From Parcubacteria bacterium C7867-001 (GTDB lineage Bacteria > Patescibacteriota > Minisyncoccia > Phycocordibacterales > Phycocordibacteraceae), in the NCBI GenBank assembly GCA_001189095.1, contig LFCK01000002.1, positions 214,320 to 278,319 on the forward strand: a stretch of 64,000 bases of DNA. Reading direction: 5' to 3'. Under the pieces are notes generated by a model that saw only the letters and a program-made list of their open reading frames with translations, was not told the origin of the DNA and did not search any database. The position numbers and the translations under genes were made by a program. This document shows, one piece after another, positions 55,530 to 64,000 of this stretch. The first letter of the stretch is position 1. The number at the start of each line of letters is the position of its first letter.

Positions 55530-57353
55530 ATGGAGAAGAAAAAAACCATAAGCTACGCCAAGCGTACGCTCCAGATCTACCTTTCAGAAGCGGTGAAATA
55601 TCCGTGGGCCTTTACCTTTATGGTCATCGGTCTTGTGGGTCTTCAAGTGGGCTACTTGGTCGCCCCGCTCTATCTGCGCACGTTCTTCAATCTCCTTGTT
55701 TCGCATACGCCGGACGCGCCTACGGTCCATCTCTTGCTTACGACGCTCGGATTCATCGCTGCAGCATACTTCGTCGAGTGGTTCTCGCGCCGCGTCTTTA
55801 CCTTCAGTCTCATACAGGTCGACTCTGGAGTGATGATGCGTCTCTACAATCGCGCCTTCGACAATCTCATTCGTCACTCGCACCACTTTTTCTCGAATCA
55901 GTTCGCCGGAACGCTCACGCGTCGTGTGAGCAAATTCGCAAACGCTTTCGAGACGATTTGTGACGCGATTTTCATGCAGTTCGTCCCGACGGCGCTCTTT
56001 GTCGCGGGTGCGATTATCATTCTCTTCCTTCGAAATCACGTTATCGGCCTCATTCTCCTCGCGTGGGTCGTCCTTTTCGTTTCGTTCCAGATATTCTTCA
56101 TGAAGCTGCAACAGCCGGTGCGCCAGCGCCGCGCGGAGGAAGACAGTCGTATGGTTGGTTCGCTTGCGGATGCCATCGGAAATCAATCAACTATCACGCT
56201 TTTTGCCGGAGTTTCATTTGAAACCAAGCGTTTCCACAACGCAGTTGCTTCGTGGCAGCGTGCCGTCCAGAAAGTCTGGAATGCAGACGAATATTCTTGG
56301 ACCGTACTCGGATTCATGATGGGCGCGATAGAGATAATCATGCTTTACGGCGCACTCGTATTTTGGGAGCAAGGTCTACTCACGGTGGGCGACTTTGCGC
56401 TCATTCAAGCCTATCTCCTCACGACGTTCGACCGGCTCGTTATGATCAATCGCGATCTACGTCGCTTCAATGAGGCGTTTGCTGACGCGGGCGAGATGAC
56501 GGAAATAATCGAGACGCCGCTCGATATTGGTGACACGAAGAACGCAAAATCCCTTGAAGTCTCGAAAGGTGTCGTAGAGTTCTCGAATGTTGATTTCAAG
56601 TTCAGTGATTCGCGCTCCATTATGCAGGACTTCAATCTCTCGATCGCGGGCGGTGAGAAGGTGGCGCTCGTCGGTCCGTCAGGTGCAGGGAAGTCGACCA
56701 TCACGAAGCTGCTGCTGCGTCTCTATGATGTCACCGGCGGTGCCGTTCGCATCGACGGACAGAATATCCGCGAAATGACGCAGGCGTCCGTTCGCGATGC
56801 TATTGCGTTCGTACCGCAAGAACCCATTCTTTTCCACCGTACGCTCATGGAAAATATCCGCTACGGCAAGCGCGACGCAACCGATGAAGAGGTTATCGAC
56901 GCTGCGAAGCGTGCGCATTGCTATGAATTCATCGTGCAGACGCCTGAAGGATTCAATACGTTTGTGGGCGAGCGCGGTATTCGCCTTTCAGGCGGCGAAC
57001 GTCAGCGCGTCGCCATTGCGCGCGCTATTCTCAAGAACGCACCTATTCTCGTACTCGATGAAGCGACGTCGTCACTCGATTCCGAGAGCGAGGCTTTGAT
57101 TCAGGATGCGCTTAGAAAGCTCATGGAAGGAAAGACGGTCATCGCGATAGCGCACCGCCTCTCGACCATCATGGAAATGGATCGCATTATCGTCATCGAG
57201 AATGGCAAGGTCGCGACTACGGGTACTCATACCGAGCTTCTCGCCAAGGAGGGAATCTACAAGAAACTCTGGTCCATTCAGGCAGGCGGATTTATCCAGG
57301 GTGATACCGAAAAAGCACCTTTGAACAACGAAGAGTTGCTCGACGCGGATTGA
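55530..57353 (+). CDS. ABC transporter, fused permease/ATP-binding (exporter)
   Basis: Six-TM N-terminus; GPSGAGKS, LSGGERQR, LDEATSSLD, IAHRLST. Confidence 0.93.
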   Translation: MEKKKTISYAKRTLQIYLSEAVKYPWAFTFMVIGLVGLQVGYLVAPLYLRTFFNLLVSHTPDAPTVHLLLTTLGFIAAAYFVEWFSRRVFTFSLIQVDSGVMMRLYNRAFDNLIRHSHHFFSNQFAGTLTRRVSKFANAFETICDAIFMQFVPTALFVAGAIIILFLRNHVIGLILLAWVVLFVSFQIFFMKLQQPVRQRRAEEDSRMVGSLADAIGNQSTITLFAGVSFETKRFHNAVASWQRAVQKVWNADEYSWTVLGFMMGAIEIIMLYGALVFWEQGLLTVGDFALIQAYLLTTFDRLVMINRDLRRFNEAFADAGEMTEIIETPLDIGDTKNAKSLEVSKGVVEFSNVDFKFSDSRSIMQDFNLSIAGGEKVALVGPSGAGKSTITKLLLRLYDVTGGAVRIDGQNIREMTQASVRDAIAFVPQEPILFHRTLMENIRYGKRDATDEEVIDAAKRAHCYEFIVQTPEGFNTFVGERGIRLSGGERQRVAIARAILKNAPILVLDEATSSLDSESEALIQDALRKLMEGKTVIAIAHRLSTIMEMDRIIVIENGKVATTGTHTELLAKEGIYKKLWSIQAGGFIQGDTEKAPLNNEELLDAD

Positions 57354-57426
57354 CTTCTGATTTCCACGGGAGTATCACTCAGGTGGGATGCTGCGTGCAT
57401 TGGACACATTAGCTAGGAGTATTTCC

Positions 57427-57633
57427 ATGTGGGAAGAAATTGAATCGGGCTACGACACCCCCATGCGGGCCCATACCGCGAGTCATCGCTTGTCGGTTCC
57501 AGACGGCTGGCTGGTCAGAACGATTGTCGTCGTCGGCAGCTTGGAACCCAATGTCTCGGTGAATCAGATCCACGTGTCCGACCCGGAACACCACTGGTCT
57601 CTGGTGAAAGGGGCAGCAAAACAGGCTGCATAG
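57427..57633 (+). CDS. Small hypothetical protein
   Basis: SD AGGAG; RLSVPDGWLV...HVSDPEHHW; hairpin follows. Confidence 0.65.
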   Translation: MWEEIESGYDTPMRAHTASHRLSVPDGWLVRTIVVVGSLEPNVSVNQIHVSDPEHHWSLVKGAAKQAA

Positions 57634-57733
57634 TTCGTGCGCGCCGCCCTCGGAGAGGGCGGCGTTTTCATTGACGAACTATATATATAAAGGTATCGTG
57701 CAACTACACCGGCCCGAGGGCCATTTTTAATTC

Positions 57734-59539
57734 ATGGAAATTCGCAACATCGCCATCATCGCGCACGTCGACCACGGAAAGACGACGCTTACCGACGCTA
57801 TCCTCAAACAGACAGGAGCGGCGGCTGAAGGCACGACCATGGACTCAAACTCCATCGAAAAGGAGCGCGGCATCACCATCTACTCAAAGAATGCCGCTAT
57901 CGAATATAAAGGAACGAAGATAAACATCGTTGACACGCCGGGGCACGCCGACTTCGGTTCGGAAGTGGAGCGCGTGCTCCGTTCCATCGACTCAGTGCTC
58001 CTCATCGTCGATGCTCAGGAAGGCCCCATGCCGCAAACGCGCTTTGTGCTCAAGAAGTCGCTCGAACTCGGACTCAAACCGATTGTCGTCCTTAATAAGA
58101 TAGATAAGCCGGCTGCAGATCCGGCGCGTGCGGAAGAGCAGGTTCTCGAACTCTTCTTCGAGCTCGGTGCCAACGACGATCAGGCGAACTTCCCAGTCGT
58201 ATACGCTATTGGCCGCGATGGCGTCGCCGGAAAGAAGCTCGAAGACATGCCAAGCAATGGTGGAGCTTCCCGCGATCTCACGCCGCTTCTCGACGTTATC
58301 CTTGAGCACGTACAGCCAGCGTCTTCTCCAGAACTCGCGAGCAAGCCGCTTAAGCTTCAGGCATTTAACCTCGGATACGACAATTTCCTCGGTCGCCTTG
58401 CCATTTGCCGCATATACGAGGGCGTCGTGCATTCGACAGATAACGTATTCGAGAAGAAGCCGGATGGAACGACCCGCTCGGGCAAACTCACCAAGATTTT
58501 CACGTTTAAAGGACTTGAACGCGTTGAGACTGATTCGGCCGAAGCCGGAGACATTGTCCTCATTGCCGGACTTCCGGAAATCTACATCGGAGAAACGGTA
58601 ACGAGCGACGAAAACGCCGAGCCGCTTCCAGCTATCGCAATTGATGAGCCGACGATTACGGTTAACTTCCTCGTGAACAATTCGCCGTTCGCTGGAAAGG
58701 AAGGGAAGTTCGTGACGAGCCGCCAGCTGCGCGATTACCTTGAGCGCGAGCTTCAGGTGAACGTTGGTCTTAAAGTGGACTTCTCGTCCCCTGAAGCCTT
58801 CAAGCTTTCTGGTCGCGGCGAACTCCATATCGCGGTGCTTCTTGAGAATATGCGCCGCGCAGGATACGAAATGCAGGTCAGCCAGCCACAGGTCATCATC
58901 CGCGAAGAGAACGGACAGAAACTTGAGCCATACGAAGAAGTCATTATTGATACTCCAAGCGAATTCCAAGGCGCCATTATCGAAAAGCTCGGCCAGCGCG
59001 CATTCGTGCTCCAGAACCTCACGCAGCAGGATAATTCAGTCCGCCTTACGCTCGAGGGTCCAACACGCGGACTTCTCGGCTACAAGAATATTTTCGTTGT
59101 CGACACCAAGGGTGAGGGCATCCTTTCTTCGCGCTTCACTGCATTCAAGCCGTACGCAGGCGAAATAAAGAAGCGTCAGGTAGGCTCGATGATTTCCATG
59201 GCCTCCGGCAAGTCGCTCGGCTACGCACTCTGGTATCTTCAGGAACGCGGCGTACTCTACATCCATCCAGCAACGGAAGTGTACGAAGGTATGGTGGTGG
59301 GCAACACCAGCAAGGGCGAGGAAATGATGGTGAACCCGACCAAGGCGAAGAACCAGTCCAATGTCCGCTCTTCAGGAAACGACGAGGCGATAAACCTCTT
59401 CCCGCCGATTCTCCTTACGATTGAGCGCGGTCTCGAGCTTATGCAGGAGGACGAATACCTCGAGATCACTCCACAATCGGTTCGTTTGCGTAAGCAGTTC
59501 CTCACCGAACAGGATCGCGCGAAGGCTCGCCGCGTCTAG
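57734..59539 (+). CDS. typA: Translational GTPase TypA/BipA
   Basis: [57 protein letters not shown]. Confidence 0.97.
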   Translation: MEIRNIAIIAHVDHGKTTLTDAILKQTGAAAEGTTMDSNSIEKERGITIYSKNAAIEYKGTKINIVDTPGHADFGSEVERVLRSIDSVLLIVDAQEGPMPQTRFVLKKSLELGLKPIVVLNKIDKPAADPARAEEQVLELFFELGANDDQANFPVVYAIGRDGVAGKKLEDMPSNGGASRDLTPLLDVILEHVQPASSPELASKPLKLQAFNLGYDNFLGRLAICRIYEGVVHSTDNVFEKKPDGTTRSGKLTKIFTFKGLERVETDSAEAGDIVLIAGLPEIYIGETVTSDENAEPLPAIAIDEPTITVNFLVNNSPFAGKEGKFVTSRQLRDYLERELQVNVGLKVDFSSPEAFKLSGRGELHIAVLLENMRRAGYEMQVSQPQVIIREENGQKLEPYEEVIIDTPSEFQGAIIEKLGQRAFVLQNLTQQDNSVRLTLEGPTRGLLGYKNIFVVDTKGEGILSSRFTAFKPYAGEIKKRQVGSMISMASGKSLGYALWYLQERGVLYIHPATEVYEGMVVGNTSKGEEMMVNPTKAKNQSNVRSSGNDEAINLFPPILLTIERGLELMQEDEYLEITPQSVRLRKQFLTEQDRAKARRV

Positions 59540-59606
59540 TTGACGCATACTGGTTTCCGCGTAAGGTTTTGGTACCGAAGCTCGTTCGGTACAAGGAGAA
59601 AATTCA

Positions 59607-59753
59607 ATGAAAGGCATTGCAACAGCTGCAACAGCGCTTTCTTTCGGCGCCGGCATGGTGGTCGCCGCCCTCAAGGTTCCGGAAGCGCTTATGTTGGTTG
59701 CTCCCGTCGGAGCGCTTGCTTTGATTTTCGTCGCTATCCTCGAATTCAAGTAG
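59607..59753 (+). CDS. Candidate 48-aa membrane peptide
   Basis: SD AAGGAG; MKGIATAATALSFGAGMVVAALKVPEALMLVAPVGALALIFVAILEFK; hairpin follows. Confidence 0.55.
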   Translation: MKGIATAATALSFGAGMVVAALKVPEALMLVAPVGALALIFVAILEFK

Positions 59754-59865
59754 TGCGGCACTAAACCCTACAGCGCGGCTCACTGAGCCGCGTTTTTCGT
59801 CTCATGCGGTTTTCATGGGGCAAGGACTACACTGGCAGTTCATTAGAAGGTAATCGATTTTCACC

Positions 59866-60024
59866 ATGCTTATCACCATCGCAGTCGTGCTCCTCGTCCT
59901 GTGGGCGCTCGGGCTCGTGGCGAGCTATACGCTCGGCGGATTCATCCACCTGCTTCTGTTAGCCGCGCTTATCATGTTTCTCGTGCGGATCATTCAAGGA
60001 AGAAACCCGATAAGCGGGACCTAG
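59866..60024 (+). CDS. lmo0937-family small membrane protein
   Basis: MLITIAVVLLVLWALGLVASYTLGGFIHLLL...IIQGR. Confidence 0.85.
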   Translation: MLITIAVVLLVLWALGLVASYTLGGFIHLLLLAALIMFLVRIIQGRNPISGT

Positions 60025-60049
60025 TCGAGAATTTCGACCTATTCTGGTC

Positions 60050-60089
60050 GAATACCCCACCGACGTTGCCAAACGTCGGTGGGGTATTC
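60050..60089 (+). terminator. Long hairpin after the lmo0937-like gene
   Basis: GAATACCCCACCGACGTT-GCCA-AACGTCGGTGGGGTATTC. Confidence 0.55.
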
Positions 60090-60095
60090 CGCTGC

Positions 60096-60124
60096 TTGCT
60101 TTTAGGTGAATTGCGTGATATAGT
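60096..60124 (+). promoter_or_regulatory. Promoter for the DEAD-box helicase (long 5' UTR)
   Basis: TTGCTT-17nt-TATAGT with extended TG. Confidence 0.6.
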
Positions 60125-60287
60125 GCTCCTACAATCGTTTTTGACTAGTTTTATGTCTTGAGAGCCTCTCGAGACCGCCCACAAAGATACTAAGGAGAGA
60201 TTGGGGTGAAACTCTTGAGACGCTTGTACTATCAAGCTCGCGCGCGAACGTTCTCCTACTCTACGCGCGGCATTTATCCATTTTACA

Positions 60288-61589
60288 ATGGCAACTACTT
60301 ACATAGTGCGTAAAAATTCGCGACCGGCGGCGGACCTTCAGGGTCCCTACCGCAAGTTCGCGCAGAAATCAGGTGGACGCGGGGGGAAAGGCCGTCCTAA
60401 TCGAAGCGATAGCGGTCGTGGTTCGCGTGGCGATTCCCGAGGAGGGAAGCGTGGCGGACGCGGTGGCTTTCAGGAGATGAACGTCGATGTGAACAAGCTC
60501 GTCAACAAAGTCGAGAAAATAGAAGCTGAAGCGATGTACGTCCCAAAGCATACGTTTGCCGATTTTCCGGTTGACGACCATCTTAAGGCGAACATTATCG
60601 GCAAGGGCTATACGACTCCGACCCCTATTCAGGATCAGGTGATTCCGGAAGTCCTTAAGGGCCACGATGTGGTCGGTCTCGCTAATACTGGTACCGGCAA
60701 GACGGCGACCTTCCTCATCCCGCTTATCGACAAGGTCCTCAAGCTCCGTGCCCTCGGGCAGAAAGAGCGCGTGCTCATCATGGCACCGACTCGCGAGCTT
60801 GCTATCCAAATAGAGAATGAATTCTTCGGCTTCGGCAAAGGACTTCAGCTCGGTTCGGTCACGTGCGTCGGCGGCGCCAACATCGTCCCGCAGATCCGTC
60901 TTCTTCGACGCGATCCTGCGTTCGTTATCGGTACTCCCGGTCGCCTCAAGGATCTTGCCGAGCGTCGCGATATTAACTTCAAGGACTTCTCAACGGTCGT
61001 CCTCGACGAGGCGGATCGTATGCTCGACATGGGCTTCGTTGACGACATGCGTCTCATTCTCGGGCAAATGTCGAAAGATCGTCATACGCTCTTCTTCTCG
61101 GCAACCCTTAACAAGGATATCGAGAAGCTGGTCCACGAATTTCTCAAGGATCCTGTCCGCATTTCGGTGAAGACCCGCGAAACCGCGGCAACCATCGATC
61201 AGGACGTCGTCTACACGCAGGCAGGTCGGAAGTTCGAGCAGCTCGTCGACATCCTCCGTGCTCCTGACATGACCAAGGTGCTCGTCTTCGGACGCACGAA
61301 GCACGGCGTGGAGCGCCTTGCGCGCGACCTTAATCGTGCAGGCATCAAGTCGGATTCTATCCATGGAGATAAGACGCACGGACGCCGCCAGAAGGCGCTC
61401 GGACTCTTCAAGCAGTCGCATGTGAACGTGCTTGTTGCGACCGACGTCGCAGCGCGCGGTCTCGACATTAGTGGCGTTTCGCACGTCATTAACTATGACC
61501 TCCCAGCTACCTATGAGGATTACACTCATCGTATCGGACGTACCGGACGAGCGGGTGAAATAGGTAAAGCGCTCACCTTCATCAACTAA
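60288..61589 (+). CDS. DEAD-box RNA helicase (RhlE-like) with RGG-rich N-terminus
   Basis: PTPIQ, ANTGTGKT, PTRELA, TPGRL, DEAD, SAT, HRIGRTGR. Confidence 0.96.
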   Translation: MATTYIVRKNSRPAADLQGPYRKFAQKSGGRGGKGRPNRSDSGRGSRGDSRGGKRGGRGGFQEMNVDVNKLVNKVEKIEAEAMYVPKHTFADFPVDDHLKANIIGKGYTTPTPIQDQVIPEVLKGHDVVGLANTGTGKTATFLIPLIDKVLKLRALGQKERVLIMAPTRELAIQIENEFFGFGKGLQLGSVTCVGGANIVPQIRLLRRDPAFVIGTPGRLKDLAERRDINFKDFSTVVLDEADRMLDMGFVDDMRLILGQMSKDRHTLFFSATLNKDIEKLVHEFLKDPVRISVKTRETAATIDQDVVYTQAGRKFEQLVDILRAPDMTKVLVFGRTKHGVERLARDLNRAGIKSDSIHGDKTHGRRQKALGLFKQSHVNVLVATDVAARGLDISGVSHVINYDLPATYEDYTHRIGRTGRAGEIGKALTFIN

Positions 61590-61597
61590 CGAGGCAC

Positions 61598-61635
61598 AAT
61601 AAAAACCGGCCCGCGTACGCGGGCCGGTTTTTATT
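61598..61635. terminator. Bidirectional terminator
   Basis: AATAAAAACCGGCCCGCG-TA-CGCGGGCCGGTTTTTATT. Confidence 0.8.
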
Positions 61636-61646
61636 AGGAGGAGGTA

Positions 61647-62357
61647 TTATTTCTTCGCGAGTTCTGCGTCGATGAGCGGTGCAATCGTGCTGTACGGCTG
61701 GGCGCCAGCTACGAGTGTGGTGCCGATAATGCCTGCTGGCGTACCGTTGACGCCGAATTTCGATGCCTCGGCGCGGTTTGCGGCGATTGCTGCATCGTAC
61801 TTCGACTTATTCTCATTCATAAGCTTGGTCACGCGAGCAACGTCGACCCCCGGAATTTTCTTGGTAAGTTCCTGAATCGAGGCGAGGTCGCCGAAGCCCT
61901 TATCGCCTTCGTCATCCTGCGCTTCGAACATTGCCTGATACCAGACATAGAACTTGTCTGGATATGCGTCCCACATAGCGCGAGCGAACTGCGCTGCTGC
62001 GGTCGAGTCGCTGCCAAGGAACTGGAAGTCCTTGAAGATCACGCGAAGCTTTCCAGTCTTCACATAGTTCTCATGCAATTGCGTCATAACGGTGGTGTCG
62101 AACTGTTTGCAGAATGGGCACTGGTAGTCGAACCAATACGCCATGACGACCGGAGCGTCGGGGCTCCCGATGTACGGATCGCCATTCATCTGTACATCTT
62201 TAATGTCGACTGCTTTCGCTGTGCCGCCGTCGTCATTCGGTGCAGCATCGGGACGACCGAACGCGAATGCGCCCGCGATAATAATCGCACCAGCAACAAC
62301 CGCAAGCGGTGTGCCATATTTTTCAATAAATGTTCCTCCTGTAGTGCTTTTTTCCAT
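61647..62357 (-). CDS. DsbA/thioredoxin-fold disulfide oxidoreductase
   Basis: TM; GSPDAPV, DYQCPFC, GVNGTP, GAQPY. Confidence 0.92.
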   Translation of the reverse strand: MEKSTTGGTFIEKYGTPLAVVAGAIIIAGAFAFGRPDAAPNDDGGTAKAVDIKDVQMNGDPYIGSPDAPVVMAYWFDYQCPFCKQFDTTVMTQLHENYVKTGKLRVIFKDFQFLGSDSTAAAQFARAMWDAYPDKFYVWYQAMFEAQDDEGDKGFGDLASIQELTKKIPGVDVARVTKLMNENKSKYDAAIAANRAEASKFGVNGTPAGIIGTTLVAGAQPYSTIAPLIDAELAKK

Positions 62358-62435
62358 ATATACGGATCCTACTAATAGTGTGGGACCAGTATACCATTTA
62401 CACCAGTTCGTCGAGATGGTCGGCTAAGGGCCCAG

Positions 62436-63050
62436 TTACGGGCGGTTTTTACGATGCATTTTATAGAATTCGATCCAGAAGGGAATCACGGAAACAACAA
62501 GAATGATGATAATGAACGGCGTGAGGTATTCCTGAATCTGCGGAAATGTTTTTCCAAGTATGTGGCCAAGCGTGGTGAGACCAGCGCCCCAGATAATCGC
62601 GCCGATGATGTTATATGTAATAAATTTTCCATACGGCATGTTGCCGACACCGGCGAAGATCGGAACGAATGTGCGCACGACCGCGAGGAAGCGGGCGAAG
62701 ATAATTGCGCGGCCACCGAATCTCGCATAGAACTCCTGCGTTCGCTCAAGATGTTTTTTATTGAAGAAGAATGAATCCTCTTTCGTAAAAATCTTTGGAC
62801 CGAGCTTACGTCCAATCCAGTAGCCGGCACTGTCGCCCAAAATTGCGGCGACCGTAACGGTGAGCGCAAGCGGAACAATCTCAAAGAACCCTTGCGTGCT
62901 CGCAATACCCGCGACGAAGAGAAGTGTGTCGCCGGGGAATATAAATCCGAATGGAATGCCTGATTCGCAAAAGACGATAAGGAAGAGGCCGACATAGCCG
63001 GCGCTTTGAATAAGTTCTGGTAGGGAAACGTGCAGTAGTGAAGAAAGCAT
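62436..63050 (-). CDS. DedA/VTT family membrane protein
   Basis: FCESG...FPGDTLLF.AG, ILGDSAGYWIG, ARFL.VVRTF.P. Confidence 0.92.
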   Translation of the reverse strand: MLSSLLHVSLPELIQSAGYVGLFLIVFCESGIPFGFIFPGDTLLFVAGIASTQGFFEIVPLALTVTVAAILGDSAGYWIGRKLGPKIFTKEDSFFFNKKHLERTQEFYARFGGRAIIFARFLAVVRTFVPIFAGVGNMPYGKFITYNIIGAIIWGAGLTTLGHILGKTFPQIQEYLTPFIIIILVVSVIPFWIEFYKMHRKNRP

Positions 63051-63075
63051 AGAAGCAGCATATACTACCTTCGTC

Positions 63076-63492
63076 ATGGAAGACAACGAATTCAAAGCCA
63101 TAGTCGAAGACGAGTGGACGAAGGTCCCCGCGCGCTTTGCAAAGCATATTCAAAATGTCGCGCTCCTTATAGAAGATGAGCCGAACGAAGACATTCGAGC
63201 ACGCGAAGGTTTGAGTGCGCACGATACCTTGCTCGGTTTGTATCAAGGAATTCCGAATATCGAGCGCGGGAGTCTCTATGGAGTGGGTCCTACTATGCCT
63301 GACACCATCACACTCTTCCGTCTTCCGATTCTCGAAGAGGCTCACGAACTCACCGATACCGATACGTCGTTATATGGAAAGATGGTTCGCAAAGTTGTTC
63401 GAGAGACGTTGTGGCATGAAATTGGTCACTATCTTGGGCTCGACGAAGCGCAGATACATGAGCGCGAGGAGGAGCGAACCAACGATTTTTAG
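63076..63492 (+). CDS. Zincin-like metallopeptidase (minimal zincin)
   Basis: LLGLYQGIP, PDTITLFRLPI, TLWHEIGHYLG. Confidence 0.9.
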   Translation: MEDNEFKAIVEDEWTKVPARFAKHIQNVALLIEDEPNEDIRAREGLSAHDTLLGLYQGIPNIERGSLYGVGPTMPDTITLFRLPILEEAHELTDTDTSLYGKMVRKVVRETLWHEIGHYLGLDEAQIHEREEERTNDF

Positions 63493-63508
63493 CTACTCCG
63501 AAGCTAGG

Positions 63509-63517
63509 TTATCCACA
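63509..63517 (+). promoter_or_regulatory. Consensus DnaA box at the start of an AT-rich non-coding tract
   Basis: TTATCCACA. Confidence 0.4.
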
Positions 63518-64000
63518 CAAAAAATCGACACTTTTTTGATCAATTTTTACTCAAAAATGAGCGTCATTTTTATGTAGTAAGCTCATTCGGAGCAAGTCCG
63601 CCACGGGCTCATGGAAGCTCCTTAGAACTTTTTGGAAACAAAAGACCTATTTGGAAATTAGTAGAGAATCCAAGAAAAATGCCGAGATTGAATATGTTTT
63701 ATATTTTGATTTTTTTATCTCGGTCATCCGAGATTTCTTGTATATAAAAGGTATTTTCGATGAATATCGACAAGCCGAGCCTATTTTCTTGGTTTTTTCT
63801 TCTACTTTTTCATCCTAAAAGGACCTAAAAATAACCCTCTTTTGATACTAAAAAGCCTATCTCTTTTGAGGATAAAAAAGTGGCTATTTCCTTTCAAAAA
63901 TCTTGGAATCTCGTGGGAGCGGAAATCCTTGTTTGGCGTTTTGGTCTTATAGAATATAGCGAGTCGACATTTATCGCATGTCTGTATCTCGAGAAAAACT

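Noticed and set aside
8894-58969. Long antisense ORFs (e.g. 8894-9910, 15050-16081, 35982-36968, 51456-52304, 57992-58969)
   Set aside because: Shadows of well-supported genes on the opposite strand with no recognisable motifs.
1-64000. Alternative genetic code (TGA=Gly) as in Gracilibacteria/Absconditabacteria
   Set aside because: Conserved genes such as nadE and pncB end at TGA at expected lengths, and RF2 is encoded.

Overview
Bacterial chromosomal segment using the standard genetic code: TGA stops are used and prfB is present. Gene content and style suggest a CPR/Patescibacteria (Parcubacteria-like) genome, which is an inference. Supporting traits are a short RF2, TrmB-type regulators, many small membrane or secreted proteins and many apparently leaderless genes. 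Housekeeping genes include gatC, gatA, prfB, ftsE, ftsX, pyrG, mltG, typA, a DEAD-box helicase, an RND efflux pair and ABC/ABC-F proteins. There are six intact tRNA genes. Three things stand out. (1) An ~11.6 kb locus (8.0-19.7 kb) joins a rearranged TerY-P triad (PP2C phosphatase, Ser/Thr kinase, vWA) to a complete nicotinamide-to-NAD+ salvage route (nicotinamidase-like, PncB, NadM-Nudix, NadE). It also holds an ADP-ribosylglycohydrolase, an N-glycosidase-like protein and the repressor NrtR, with GT-N7-AC operator palindromes over the promoters. (2) A family of structured non-coding elements follows tRNA-fMet, tRNA-Met and tRNA-Asp. Each carries an antisense copy of its own tRNA 3' end, an AGCA-loop hairpin and a downstream sense copy. 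(3) A tRNA-Gln(CTG) gene is split in the D-loop by a 146-nt insert that contains a second complete tRNA-Gln(CTG). No CRISPR array, rRNA, integrase or transposase was seen. All protein calls rest on motif recognition by eye; no searches were run.
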